From the NCBI RefSeq assembly GCF_009914755.1, contig NC_060928.1: 64,000 nucleotides of DNA; one strand, 5' to 3'. Positions 28,137 through 41,479 of the stretch are shown one piece after another (position 1 is the first letter of the stretch; each line of letters opens with the position of its first letter). The stretch comes from the human T2T-CHM13v2.0 reference genome, Homo sapiens. The position numbers and the translations under genes were made by a program. The notes below the pieces were generated by a model, which was not told where the DNA came from, ran no database searches, and worked only from the letters and a program-made list of their open reading frames with translations.

Positions 28137-28716
28137 CCCAAAAGAATTAGCTTGCTTTCAAGTTTTAAAGTGAATATTGTGCACTAACTTCTCAATTAAT
28201 ATGCAAGCACAGTTTACTCCGTCTAAAAGTTTCAGGGTCTCACACTGAAAATAACTTCGAAATATGTTCCTAAGAAAAAAATGACAATGACATATAAACT
28301 GAACTGCAGAACTGTATGAATGCCAATATATTTTGGCAAAAGAGTAGGAAAATATAAAGAACTGATTTTGCTGCAAAAATTAATCCACAATTTAGAATTT
28401 GAGAATAAAATGCATAATGACAAATGTGTATTTATTGAATCAGCTAACTTAGTGATATAATTCTGTTAGACTTTAAAACTTGGTGTTCTATTTCTCTCAT
28501 CTAAACTCACCCAACCTCTGTGTTTGAATTCTGTTCTGCTCTTTATTAATTGTTTAATTTAGAGTATCTGTTGGTCACTTAAACTAAAATTTAAATGTAC
28601 ATTACTTGTATTAAAAATACATTAGTTTTTCATAATTCTATAACTAGTAGGGTTAAGTTTTCCGAAAGGACATTTGTTAATGAGAATCTCTCTCTCCCTC
28701 CCTCTCCTCTATTAAC

Positions 28717-29515
28717 ATTCATTCATTCAGTCAGTCAGTCAGTCTTTTATTCATTCATTATTTCACCAAATATGTATGGATCACTTTTTTATGTGCCAGA
28801 CACTATTCCCGTTGATGAGACTATACAGGATGAACAAAACAGAAAAAAATTGTGTCCTCATGGAGCAGACTGCATAAATTTTATTCAGAAAAGATATGCT
28901 ACAGAAGGTGACAGTGTTGGAGTGGAGTGACTGAAATTATACATATAGCCACAGGGATAAATTGATTTTTGAATAAAATTCTGAATGAGGTGAACATGAT
29001 CCAAGCATATATATGTGAAAAAACATGTCCTAGGGGAGAAAAAAATTTCAAATTGTCCTGAGTTACATACAAGAGTTCTTAGCATTGTCAAAAATATTAA
29101 GGAGATCACTGTGTGTGGACTGGATCAAAGGAAGGAAATTTAATAGGAAATACAATCTGGGCAGTAATAGGAGCCAGACAGACTAGCACTTGGGGCATTT
29201 GGTAGGACTTTGGTTTTTACTCTGACATAGCTGAGAATACATATACATTTCTTCTCAGGGGGTAATATTATCTGAATTACTTTTAAATAGAATCATTTTG
29301 GCTGTCTATTAAGAATAGGTTGAAAGGGCAAGGGCAAAGTCAGGGAGGCCATTAAAGAAGGTATTGCAGTAATTCAGGTGGGCTGTGACAAAAACATAGA
29401 ACAATGTGGTAGCAGTGTATTTGGAATACCTACTTAGAGCAAGGTTTGCTGATACATTAAAGTTTTGCTGTGAGAGAGCCAACAAAGATGACTCCAAGGG
29501 TCTGAGCTGCTATAA
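28717..29515 (-). mobile_element. L2 (L2a-like) 3' portion
   Basis: (CATT)n/(CAGT)n tail, tatgtgccagacact, gaatcattttggctg, aaagatgactccaagg. Confidence 0.85.
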
Positions 29516-29539
29516 GGATAGAGATATGTACTTATTCCT

Positions 29540-29970
29540 TCTTCACCTGTCTTGCAGCACTGCCACACTCTCTGAGATTTTCTTCTAGTTCCCTGGCTAA
29601 CCCTATTGAGTCTCCTTTACTGCTTCCTCTTTTCCTAAGCACTAGTGTCCTAGGCATTGAGGTCTTATCTTTCTTCCATATAGCTCATTCTTTTAGCAAT
29701 CTCGTCTAATCTCTTAGCCTTAAGTCTCGTTCTATTGCTAAGGATTTACATATCTAAACCAACCTCACCATTGAACTTCAGACTCACTTATTCAACTGTC
29801 TTTTGACATCCGTACTTGGATTTCTAATAACATGGCCTATCTGTAATGTTTCAAACTGAATTTCTGACCTTCCCTTACTTTCTTGACCATCTTTTTCATC
29901 TTAGTTATAGGTAACTCCATTCTTCTAGTCGTGCATATCCTTAGTGTCACCCTGTGTTACTCTGTCTCTT
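29540..29970 (+). mobile_element. L2 fragment in opposite orientation
   Basis: tgaacttcagactcacttattcaactgtcttttgacatcc..acttggatttctaata and tcaaactgaatttctg. Confidence 0.8.
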
Positions 29971-29974
29971 GAGA

Positions 29975-31100
29975 GATAATAAACCTCAAATTTTCATTAG
30001 TATGATTTTTAAACATGTTGACTTTGAAATTACTTTGACTATAATTCCAAGGATTCAAAGTAGGTAGATAAAACTCATAGGACGTATTTCAACCAGATAC
30101 ATAAAGTTGGAAGCCACTAGCATATGCATAAATTATCACTCTATAAATTAGAACATAGAGTAGAACTCACTGATCTATAACTGAGTATTGCAAAATGTAT
30201 AAGAAAAATATAAAGTTGAATTAACCAACAAAAGAGGATGGAAGCATAAAAAAATTACAGGAGAAAAATCAAGAGATCAAGGAATTATGAAATCCCAAGG
30301 AACATATTATTTGGAAGGAAATTTTCAATAGTACAGAATTATTCTGAGAGGTGAAGTACAATTATGTCTAAGAAAATGCCCATTCAATATATTGACATAG
30401 ATAGAATCATTGACTTTAGATAAAACGTTTTTTGGTGCTCATATGGGATTAAATGTCCAGTTCAAGTTATCTAAGGAAGGAGAAGAGGGTGATTGAAATT
30501 TGTACAAAGTGGGAAAAATTACATGATGGAAATATGACTAGGAATAAAAAGCCTGTTATGGAGTGTAGCTGGAAACTAAAGTCCATAGATATTATGTTTG
30601 TTGTTTATTGGCTTTTTGCTTTATTTTGTTTAGTTTTGTAATATTACATTATTATTTATATCACTGAGATTTGAGAATACATAAATGATGGAATATACCT
30701 GGTAGAAATTGAGAGGATTAGGATAAAAAGAAGAGACAGCATGACTGATTGTATATGGTTATTGAAAGGGTGGGTGTGATAGAATATAATTGGGGGCAAA
30801 ATTTAGATAGAAAGAAGACCAGTCTCTGTAATAGAACAGGTGGGAACAGGAAGGCTTAGTCATAGATGCAGGAGGTTTCTAGGTTTGATATGACGAATTA
30901 AACATATTCAATCTTGATTTATTTTCTTTATGTAATAGAAGGAAAGGTGGTTGGCTAATTGTGGAAGCTGAGTGTTTTGTCTGAAATTTGAGAAGATGGA
31001 GAAGATTTTAAGTGCATGGCTTTTTGCGAGAGTAGGTGAGAAGAATCACACATACAGCTTGGTATGATTGAGCCAATCCTAGTTGAGTTTTGTCGTCATA
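29975..31100 (-). mobile_element. Older, more diverged L2 ORF2 segment
   Basis: ttttaaacatgttgactttga and ctgagaggtgaagtacaattatg...aaaatgcccattc. Right boundary uncertain. Confidence 0.6.
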
Positions 31101-34100
31101 AATTTGTAACAATCTTAGGCTTAGTTTACCTATAGTTGAGTAGGCTTTTTATTGATATTATATTTCACTGTATTTGTTTTCTAAAATCAAGTTCTCTCCC
31201 ATACAGTTTTATATAATTATAAATTACCAATGCAAATCTGTCTAAATATTCTATAAACAAGAAATATTTAAGAAGCATGAATTTGGAGAAGGGAAACTAG
31301 TAATTAATTAGTGGACTGGAAAGAATGACAATAGATTTGCAAAGTGAGAAGAAAACTTAAGGGTAAACTCCCGCATTACTGTCAAAGTTGTATAAACCCC
31401 TTTCACTGGAGACTTATTTAGGATTTGCAAATAATAACTGTTCCAATTTGCTTCTATTACTTTAATGTTACATTATTCACAATGGCAATACAGATTTGCC
31501 ACAATTGTATTTTACAAACTATAACTTCATGTTCAAAATATTTACTTTAAATGAGAAAACATTATAAAGAAAATTGTGATTATTTAACTATGTGAGAACT
31601 CACGAGTGACCAGAAACTTTTGTTGTTCTGTCCACACGATTCATTTGAAAAACATTCTTACATTAGGAAGACTTAGGTCTTGTCCATAATAGCAGAATGT
31701 TTATATTTCTAGGTATAACTTAATTTTAACATTCTTTCAAAAGATTTTCTAATAAAGTGAACTTGACTTAAAATAAGAAATATATTTGGTTATGTGTCAA
31801 AGCTAAATAATAGCAAACTATTCGTGTTTTACATTGTACTATGCTATTTCTTGGAAGAATTCCAAAGTGCTGTATATTAATTACATCAGCATACTTCATG
31901 AAATCCAGTCCAGTAATGTAAGATGGCTAAAAGCTTTAGCAGACAGTATGATAAAGATTAGCAAAGACAATCTGGGAAGAAGTACGGTTTTATAATAAAT
32001 ACAAGAGTCAACAATATGGTATCTTAAATATTTTTAAACAGAAATAAAGTAAATGTAACGTAACTAAACCAATGTAAAATTCAGTCAAATTGGGATACAC
32101 AGTAGTTGTACAAATGAGCTGTAAGTGGTTCTGAAGCATCTAAACAAACTGGAGTTTAGCAAATAACACCAAAGTACCATGTTGCTAGTCTTTTAACTGG
32201 GCTGAATGTGACCACACTAGGAGATATTAAGGATATTTCTTTTCCAGTATCTGGATTTATGACATAATGATTATTAACATTTGATGATGGCTATGTTATA
32301 ACGTGAAAACGGATTTCTCCTGAAGAAACACTAAAAATTTCTGGCTACAATATCTTCAAACATAATTTACCTATTTCCTTCCTTCTCACTGAGAAGCAAA
32401 TGCTCTCTGGAAAGTGAAGAAATCATCTAAATGCTAAATGCTAAGTGCATCATCTCCACCATAACAGCATTGAGGTAGTAAACATTAGACTATCAATGAA
32501 TTGTCCTCCCTTTTCATACTATAAGCTTAAACTATTTTAAGGGAGAGCCATAAAGTCCACACAGATAATACCCACAAATACTCTTTTATAATATATATAC
32601 ATATGATGTTACACGAATGAGACTAGTCATGTGCTCTCTGATCAATACCAAGACTAATACAGACTTCCTTTCACATGGAGAGACGTAAGAGTGAAGCACA
32701 TGCAGACAGAATTGAGTTGGTCTCCTAAAGAGTTAAACTGATGCTCTCTGACTCTGAGAGACTATACATAGTACTTTTCACTATACATAAAAATAACTTG
32801 CTTATATAAAAAAAGAAGTAGAAGATATCAAGTAGATATAAGGCAAGGTTCTTTCCCCTTTTAGTATGGGAGTAATCAGGAAAAAAAAATCTAGTTTGCT
32901 GTTGTTTTTCCTGATCCCCATGTGACTTGTTTGCATTTGGTCACTAATAAAAAACATATAGTAAGACGATGTTATTCTAGATAATTAACAGAATTAACAT
33001 GACTATTTTTAAAAACAAGTCAAAATTAAAAGGAAAATCCCTGTGAAAATTTCTTCTATCTCATTGCAGCAATACTGGAAAGTTATTTTCTTTTTAAGAA
33101 ATTTCCTGTTATGCAAACACAGCATTTCCTTTAGTTGAATAGGTGGCATAAGTTGAGAAACTATAAAGTCCAGGAGAAAAAAACGCACTACTTGTGATTT
33201 TTCTTTGACTAATATGTACAATAAAGCACATTCAAGCTGTGTTTAGCTTGGCTAAATGCTGAAAATAAGTTCATTTCTCTCATGGGATTTGAGAAAACTC
33301 AAATGTGTAGAAGACTTTCACTGGTATATCGAATAAAGCCCAAAATAAATCAATAAACATAAAATTTACAAATTAGCAAAAGATAGAAATAAATTCTGCA
33401 GTAGTCAAAAGTGATATGTTCTAGCTAAAGTAATATTTCTATCAATCCATATTATCCATAGTTCTTCCTACAGTAAACTGATGATATAATTCACCAAAGT
33501 GTCCTTATGTATATATACTTCAGTGCTTAGTTGTGAGTAGGTGATTTTAAACTTATGAATAATAGTCAATAGATCCTAACACTGAAAATAGTCAATGGAT
33601 AAAAATAAAGTTTATAAAAATATAAATTTTGTGGGAAATATACATAGAGGTAAACCTTACTAATTTTAGCAGGCTGACTAGTTGAATTTCATTCTCAGAA
33701 CTCTTCCCTTCTCTCTGATTGTAATTATTACTTCCCAGACAAATGCTACCAATTAAAAATGGTTTTAAAAGTGATAATTTGCAGCAGAATACTCACATTC
33801 ATCACAAATTTGTTCTCATGTGCTATAAGGGAGAAGTATAAAATACTGAGGTGTTTTAAAAGATATTGTTAGACCCACTAAGTAATATGGATTGGAAATT
33901 CATGGAACTTGAGAATAGGAGAATGTCTCAGTAGATCCAGTCTCCAATAATCCCACAACAAATTTATTCTGTGTTATTCTGACACATGAATACTCATGAA
34001 CATGTGAGCTTCCCTCCCCAAAGCCACATACATACACACACATATAGGTTCACACACACGTGCACACACTTTATCAAAAACAACTATTTTGGCGGTGGCA

Positions 34101-34329
34101 ATTAAATTATAAAAATGCCTCAAAAATAGAGGGGAGACAGTGGGCATAGAAAAAAATGCCTGAAAAATAGAGATATGGTCACTCAGAATCCACTATATCA
34201 AGTGTACTCAAACTTGGAGTCATACATATATTATCAGTAAACTATAAAGCTAAATTTTCAGTTCTACTTTGTTTAATCAAAATCTTATCATCTTTTATTT
34301 AAAATTCTTTTTCTTAGAATTTGAGTCAT

Positions 34330-34550
34330 ATCCCTGATCCAGTCTTACCTCCTCAACAAGGCCTCCGCTGAACATTCTATCTAAATCAGCACCCCCATTA
34401 TTATTTATCTTTTTTTTTCATTTTTCACAAAAGTCACTACTTCTAAGAATAATATATGCTTGTCCATTGTCTGTTCCTCCCACTGGATTGTATCTTCCAT
34501 GAAGAAAACTATTCTGCAGTCTCAACTGACATATCCTTAATGTCTTAGCC
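34330..34550 (+). mobile_element. L2 3' fragment
   Basis: acctcctcaacaaggcctcc...tctatctaaatcagcacc and cattgtctgttcctcccactggattgta. Confidence 0.65.
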
Positions 34551-34574
34551 CCTGCAAGAGTGGACACTTTTCCA

Positions 34575-35060
34575 ACAGAGTCTTTGAACTCCAGAATTCA
34601 ATAGTCAGGTGGAGGGATAGGCAGAGACACACACAGATATATGCCATAAAATGTGATATTCAATAGTGGAATTATGTATCAAATCTAGATAGTACAGTCC
34701 AGAGAGGAATGCAGGCTTTCTTAACTTGGGCAGCTGAAGGTGAGCTGTGAGAAGGTGGGAACTGAAGAATTTATAGAGAAAGATGAGATGGTAAAAAAAA
34801 AAAAAAAAAAAAAGGAGTTTATCTCCATAGCAAAGTGTAAAAGCACATTCTGTCTAGAGGACATAGCATAGACAAAGTTATAGATTCAAAAGAGTGCATG
34901 ATAAGACTGCAAAACAGCAAATAGTGTTGTTGCAGTAGTGCAGAGTTGGAATGGTTAAGTTACTAAATAAGGTTGGGCAAGTAGTATGTTTCAATGATTC
35001 ATGGAGAAATGAAAGTAATTTTCTTATGTTGGTAAGAAATGTCATTAGATTTATTAGTAG
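34575..35060 (-). mobile_element. L2 (L2c-like) fragment with an internal A21 run at 34793-34813
   Basis: tcaatagtcaggtggagggataggcag...ataaaatgtgat...; purine-rich antisense L2 pattern. Confidence 0.5.
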
Positions 35061-35456
35061 CCTAATGAATATATATATATATAACACAATCTGGAAAAGT
35101 TATAGAGTGTCAGTCAACAGTCAACCAACTTCTCCTTCAGTTTAATATTTTGATGTGAAGTTATTCATTCCAATGCTAAAATTGTAGTTGCTTCTTATTG
35201 TATATTCATATTGTATTTGCTGTGTTTATGTAATTTTCAGTAAGAAAATCTAGAGAGAACTTGTGATTGGGTTGAGATATTCTCAGTATTGCCCCAAATT
35301 ATAAAGACCATAAACAAGATATCAATGACATGCACTTGACAAAAAAAAAATCAAACTAGGACAGAATTTACCACCAGAATTTTAAAAAGTTGTATTTTTA
35401 TTTTATTGCATACATATTCTGATGTTACATATTACATTTAGAAGTTATATGAAGCA

Positions 35457-35757
35457 GGCCTGGCACGGTGGCTCATGCCTGTAATCCCAGCACTTTGGGA
35501 GGCTGAGGAGGACGCATCACCTGAAGTCAGGAATTTGAGACCAGCCTGACCAACATGGAGAAACCCCATCTCAACTAAAAATACAAAATTAGCCTGGTGT
35601 GGTGGCGCATCCCTGTAATCCCAGCTACTCAGGAGGCTGAGCCAGTAGAATCACTTGAACCCAGGACACGGCAGTTTTGGTGAGCCGAGATCACGCCATT
35701 GCATTCCAGCCTGGGCAATAAGAGCAAAACTTCATCTCAAAAAAAAGAAAAAAAAAA
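35457..35757 (+). mobile_element. AluSp
   Basis: Diagnostic cctgaccaacatggagaaacc and gcaataagagcaaaac. Perfect 13-bp TSD gttatatgaagca (35444-35456 / 35759-35771). Confidence 0.97.
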
Positions 35758-36348
35758 TGTTATATGAAGCAAATTCATGTGTGTCTAAATTGAAAATAAT
35801 GGGAAAATATATTTCCCATTATGGGAAATATTACTAATGGTTTAGAAGTAGTTGGAAACATCAGAAAGTTTGTTGTTGTTGTTGTTTGCTTGTTTTCACC
35901 AAGATCATGTATGTTCAAATCCAATGAATATGACATATAAACTCAATCAAAACATGCAGTGTCAAATAGAGTCTTTAAGAATTTTCCCAGTGTCAAAATG
36001 GACATCTTTGGTTCATGGACTCATGAAAGACATAGACACACTGACTTTTACACAGTGAGAAGCTGTGTAACAGACTGGGTTAAGGAATTACGGTCATTTA
36101 GGGCAGAAAAGATAGCATGGATAAGGGATGGATCAGGTAGTGAGATATGTTAGAAAATAACACAAAGTCTCATATTAAGCATAACAGATAATTGAAATAG
36201 TGAAAAGGGAAATTATATAATATACTTTTAAAAAACCTATCCATGGTACCCACACATATAGGCACTCCTCTCCATAATAAATTAGAAACATTTATTTCTC
36301 AATGTATATTAATTTGAGGATTTGAAAAATACTATGGAAAAGAAAATG

Positions 36349-36707
36349 CAGCCATACAAAATGATGAGTTCATATCCTTTGTAAGGACATGGATGAAACT
36401 GGAAATCATCATTCTCAGTAAACTATCACAAGAACAAAAAACCAAACACCGCATATTCTCACTCATAGGTGGGAATTGAACAATGAGATCACATGGACAC
36501 AGGAAGGGGAATATTACACTCTGGTGACTGTTGTGGGGTGGGGGGAGGGGGGAGGGATAGCATTGGGAGATATACCTAATGCTAGATGACGAGTTAGTGG
36601 GTGCAGCGCACCAGCATGGCACATGTATACATATGTAACTAACCTGCACAATGTGCACATGTACCCTAAAACTTAAAGTATAATAAAAAAAACAAAACAA
36701 ACAACAA
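36349..36707 (+). mobile_element. L1PA2-type 5'-truncated 3' end
   Basis: gctagatgacgagttagtgggtgcagcgcaccagc (GAG, not the L1HS ACA/ACG) and a G-rich tract. TSD aaaagaaaatg (36338-36348 / 36708-36718). Confidence 0.93.
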
Positions 36708-37299
36708 AAAAGAAAATGTTCTTTAATGTGTGATATAAGATTTTAAAAGTTATGTACATCCTTCTTACAGCATTATTGTTTTGTACTACTAAGCTTTGAC
36801 ACGAACTATGGGGAAGATCTAAAATTAATATACAACCATACCTCAAAATATTGCAGGATCAGTTCCAGACCACTGCCATGAAGTCAATATTGCAACAAAG
36901 TGAGTCACCTGAATTTTGCAGTTTCCCAGTGCATGTTATGTTTACACTATACTATAGTCTATTAAGTGTGTAGGAGCATTATGTGTAAAAATCAATGTGC
37001 ATACTTTAATCAAAAGTACTTTATTGCTAAAAAATGCTAATGATCATATCAGCCTTCAGTGAGTCACAAGTTTTTGCTGTTGGAAGGTCTTGCTTCAGTG
37101 TTGATAGCTGTCAACTGATCAGAGTGGTGGTTGTTGAAGGTTAGGGTGGATGTGGCAATTTCTTAAAATAAAAAAAAAATGAAGTTTGCTGCATTGATTA
37201 ATTCTTTCTTTCATGAAAGATTTCTCTGTAGCATGTAATGCATTTCATGGATTTCATCTAGAGTAGGACTTCTTTCAAAATTAGTCAATTCTCTCAAAG

Positions 37300-38770
37300 C
37301 CTGCCACTGCTTTATCAACTACGTTTATGTAATATTCTAAACCCTTTGTTGTCATTTCAACAACGTTGACAGCATCTTCACAAGGAGTAGATTCCATTTC
37401 AAGAAACCACTTTCTTTGCTCATTCATAAGAAGCAACTCTTTATCTATTCAAATTTTACTGTAAGATTGTGGCAATTTAGTCACATTTTCAGCTTCACTT
37501 CTAATTCTAGTTCTTTTGCTATTTCCACAACATCTGCAGTTACTTCCTTCACTGAAGGGTGGAATCATGGGAAGTAATCTATGATGCTGGAATCACCTTC
37601 TCCAAAACTCCTGTTAAAGTTGACATTTTGACCTCCTTCCATGAATCATGAATGTTCTTAATGAGATCTGGAATGGTGAATCCTTTCCAGAAGGTTTTTA
37701 ATTTACTTTGCCCAGATCCAGATCCATCAGAGGAATCACTGTCTATGACAGCTAAAGTTTTACAAAATATATTTCTAAAATAATAAGAATTGAATGTCAA
37801 AATTATTCCTTGCTTCATGTGCTACAGAATGAATGTTTTGTTAGCAGGCATGAAAGCACATCAGTATCCTTGTAAATCTATATCAGTGCTTAAGGGATGA
37901 CCAGGTACATTGTGAAAGAGGAGTAATATTTTAAAAGGAATCTTTTTTCTGAGCAATCGTTCAATAATGAGCTTAAAATATTCAGTAAACCATGCGGTAA
38001 ACAGGTGTGCTATCATACAGGCTTTCTTCTTTCGTTTATAGAGCACAGAGTGATTTAGCATAATTCTTAAGGACCTCAGGGTTTTCAGAATGGTAAATGA
38101 GCATTTGTTTCAACTTAAATGCTGCTTCCCCAGCAGCATTAGCCCCTAACAAGAGAGTGAACCTGTCCTTTCAAGGTTTGAAGTCAGACATTGACTTCTT
38201 TCTCGCTAAGAAAGTGGTGAATGGCATATTTGTTTTCATAGGAGGTTGTTTCGTCCAATTGAAAAATCTCTTGTTCAGTGTAGCCACCTTCATTAATTAT
38301 CTTAGGTTTTCTTAATAACTTTCTGCAATTTCTGCATCAGCACTTGGTGCTTCGCCTTGCACTCTTATATTATAGAGACAGCTTCTTTCCTTAAGCCATG
38401 TGAACCAACATCTGACAGCTTCCAACTTTTCTTCTGCAGCTTTCTCACCTCTCTCAACCTTCACAGAATTGAAAAGAGTGAGAATTTTGCTCCAAATTAT
38501 GCTTTGGCTTGGGGGGAGGTTGTGCTTGTTTTGATTTTTTAGCCAGGCCATTGAAACTTTCTTCATATCAGAAATAAAGCTGCTTCACTTTCTCATTATT
38601 CATACATTCACTAAAGTAGCACTTTTAATTTTCTTCGAGAACGTTTCCTTTGTACTCACAACTTGGCTAAATATTTGGTGCAAGAGGCTTAGCTTTCAGC
38701 CTGTCTCGGCTTTTGTTATAACTTTCTCAGTAAGCTTAATCATTTCTAGCTTTTGATTTAAAGTGAGAGA
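37300..38770 (-). pseudogene. Broken Tigger1 transposase
   Basis: Minus-strand ORF fragments LTLFNSVKVERGEKAAEEKLEAVRCWF, AHLFTAWFTEYFK...IPFKILLLFHNVPGH and DSDSSDGSGSGQSKLKTFWKGFTI. Frameshifted, with the DNAPGH motif altered. Limits approximate. Confidence 0.85.
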
Positions 38771-39008
38771 CATACAATTCTTCCTTTCACTTGAACACTT
38801 AGAGGCCATTGTATGGTTATTAATTGGCCTAATTTCAGTATTATTGCATCTCAGGGAATAGGGAGGCCTGATGAGAGGGAGACAGATATGGTAACAGCCG
38901 GTCTGGCAGAGCAGTCACAACACACACATTTACAGATTAATTTCAATATATCATAAAGGTGCAGTTCAGTTCATGGTGCTCCAAAACAGTAATAATTGTA
39001 ACATCAAG

Positions 39009-39117
39009 CTCTCTTCCTGATTTGATCATCACAATTTCATGCTTCTATCAAAATACCACATGTACCCCATAAATATATACAAATATTATGTACCTGTAAT
39101 AATTAAAAATTTTTAAA
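39009..39117 (+). mobile_element. Short L1MA-type 3' end nested in Tigger1
   Basis: cctgatttgatcatcaca...tatcaaaataccacatgtaccccataaatatatacaaatattatgta interrupts the Tigger1 sequence gtaacatcaaagatcact. Confidence 0.85.
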
Positions 39118-39699
39118 GAGATCACTTATCACAGATCACTAGAACAGATATAATAATAATGAAAAAGTTCAAAATATTATGGGAATTATCAAAATGTGAC
39201 ACAGTGATATAAAATAAGCACATGCTATTTTTAAAAAATGACACCGACAGACTTGCTTAACACCGGGCTACCACGAACCTTCCATTTATAAAAAATGCAG
39301 TATCTGCAAAGTGCAATCAGATAAGGTACAGTATAAAGAGGTATGCTTGTTGCTAATAGGCCACTTTTCCAGTTATTAACTGAAATGGAAATAAAATAAA
39401 TAATTTTTTAAATGACTGGACAATGTTTGTTAGTATTCTTAAGCAACATTCCCTAGTGAAAGAATTAACTTGGAAACATTTAAAGGGTGTACCTATTTAA
39501 TTTTACAATATTTTACGAGTTTTTTAAGAGGATAATGAGGAAGACAGCATTTTTCATATATATGAGACACATTCTAACTAACTCACTTTTAGATATCCTG
39601 TCTATCTCATTTTTGTCTGCAGAAATTTTAAATATCATTGGAACACATTAAGTTTCTTATTATCATCTTGCCATTTTAGTAGGCTATTGACACACTAAA

Positions 39700-40085
39700 T
39701 AACCACTCACTATTGGAACACGGGTTTTTTTATTTGGAATGTACATGTCTAGCACTGTGCTATTAAATAGGGGTTAACTATAAATAACGTAGATGTCTGA
39801 CCTCTGAAGTTCATATTCTATCTGGAAAGACAAATAGCTATTACTTACAACACAATGTTAAAGAATTTATAGGGTGATGTGGAAACAAGGATGTGAGGAG
39901 CAGCTGCATTTGCTGAGTTATGGGGTAAAGGGAGAGTCTCCAAGCGAAACTGTTACTTGAGCTAAGAATTAAAGGATGGCAAAGTAATTTACTCGGGGAA
40001 AAGAGCATTAAGCTGCACAAAGGCACAGAGTTGTAAACTCTTTAATCTTTTGGGAGAAACTGTGGACAGTTAAGCATAACCAACT
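39700..40085 (-). mobile_element. L2 (L2c-like) 3' fragment
   Basis: atgtctagcactgtgcta, gacctctgaagttcatattcta, cttgagctaagaattaaaggatg. Confidence 0.7.
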
Positions 40086-40874
40086 GCATACTTCTTTGGA
40101 CATGAAGATTATATAAAAATACATTCAAGAAAGTTTTCTCCTGGTTCCAGGAGAAAATTTATGCCTGGCTAAATATTATAGCTGAAGCTATTTGGTAAAG
40201 AGCCACATAAATTAAATAAACATGCCAATTATTATAACAGTATTTTCAGTGTATTTTTAGAGTGATAAATAATGATGATTTTTAAAAACATAAATCACTA
40301 ATGAAAAGATTTGTAATTAATGGAAATATAAATAATGAATTAATGATTTGGTTATGAAAACTAGTGAATTTGTATGATTTAAAATGTAGACATGTACACA
40401 TATGTAAGAATTCCTTCTATAATATGTTTATCCCTTAATAGATTTGGGTTTCTAATTTATTAAGTCTGCAAACAGCCCATAAGTAAGAGTTGTCATAGGA
40501 ATCTAATTATTTGGTTTGTGAATTCCCAGTGACTGAGAGTAGAGTATGCCTTATCTAGTAATATAAATTTTAGACAGACAACAAATAAATAAGATATATT
40601 ATTGAAAATATGCTTTGCACAAAAATAACTATACTCTATGATATAGAAAATACAAAGACTTATTTCCAGATACCCCCAGGTAAGCCCAAACTAACACAAG
40701 ACACTCTGGGCACAGGCAACTAAGCTTCTTCATAAGGAGATAAACAGAAAGTAGGTCAATAGCATGGAGTCTCAGTACAGACACACAACCTGTGCTCACC
40801 CTGGGAGACAGAGAATTGGTTGTAGATCTATGAAAATAGTGTTGAGACTAGTTTTATTAGTTGGGAAATGATAA

Positions 40875-40975
40875 AAATAATAATGATAAGATGAAAACAC
40901 ATATCATTCTTACTATGTAGCATGCAATTTTTAAGTTCTTTACCTATTATCTCTTTTAAGGTGCCCAAAAATCAT
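40875..40975 (-). mobile_element. MIR fragment
   Basis: cttactatgtagcatgca...taagttctttacctattatctc. Confidence 0.5.
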
Positions 40976-41128
40976 GGTCTAGTTTTCCCTGCTTTCACCC
41001 TCACAACTGGAGGGTTCATGGAGCTCTCCAGGGGATGACGGTTGTGCCATGCAGAGCAGCATTTCTAAGCAAGTGTGAGTTCATGTGAGTAGAGCCAAAC
41101 ACGAGTCAAATTTCCATTAAAAAAACTA

Positions 41129-41479
<351 letters not shown>

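Larger units (their letters stand above)
36833..39349 (-). mobile_element. Tigger1 (TcMar-pogo DNA transposon), full length, decayed
   Basis: Degenerate TIRs ta|caaccatacctc ... gaggtatgcttg. Internal Tigger1 sequence throughout. About 2.4 kb plus a nested insert. Confidence 0.96.

Noticed and set aside
31900-32290. Possible L3/CR1 relic
   Set aside because: Only scattered word-level similarity, too weak to list as a feature.
40677-40686. Strong splice donor cag/gtaagc
   Set aside because: No convincing paired acceptor or reading frame, and isolated donors are common.
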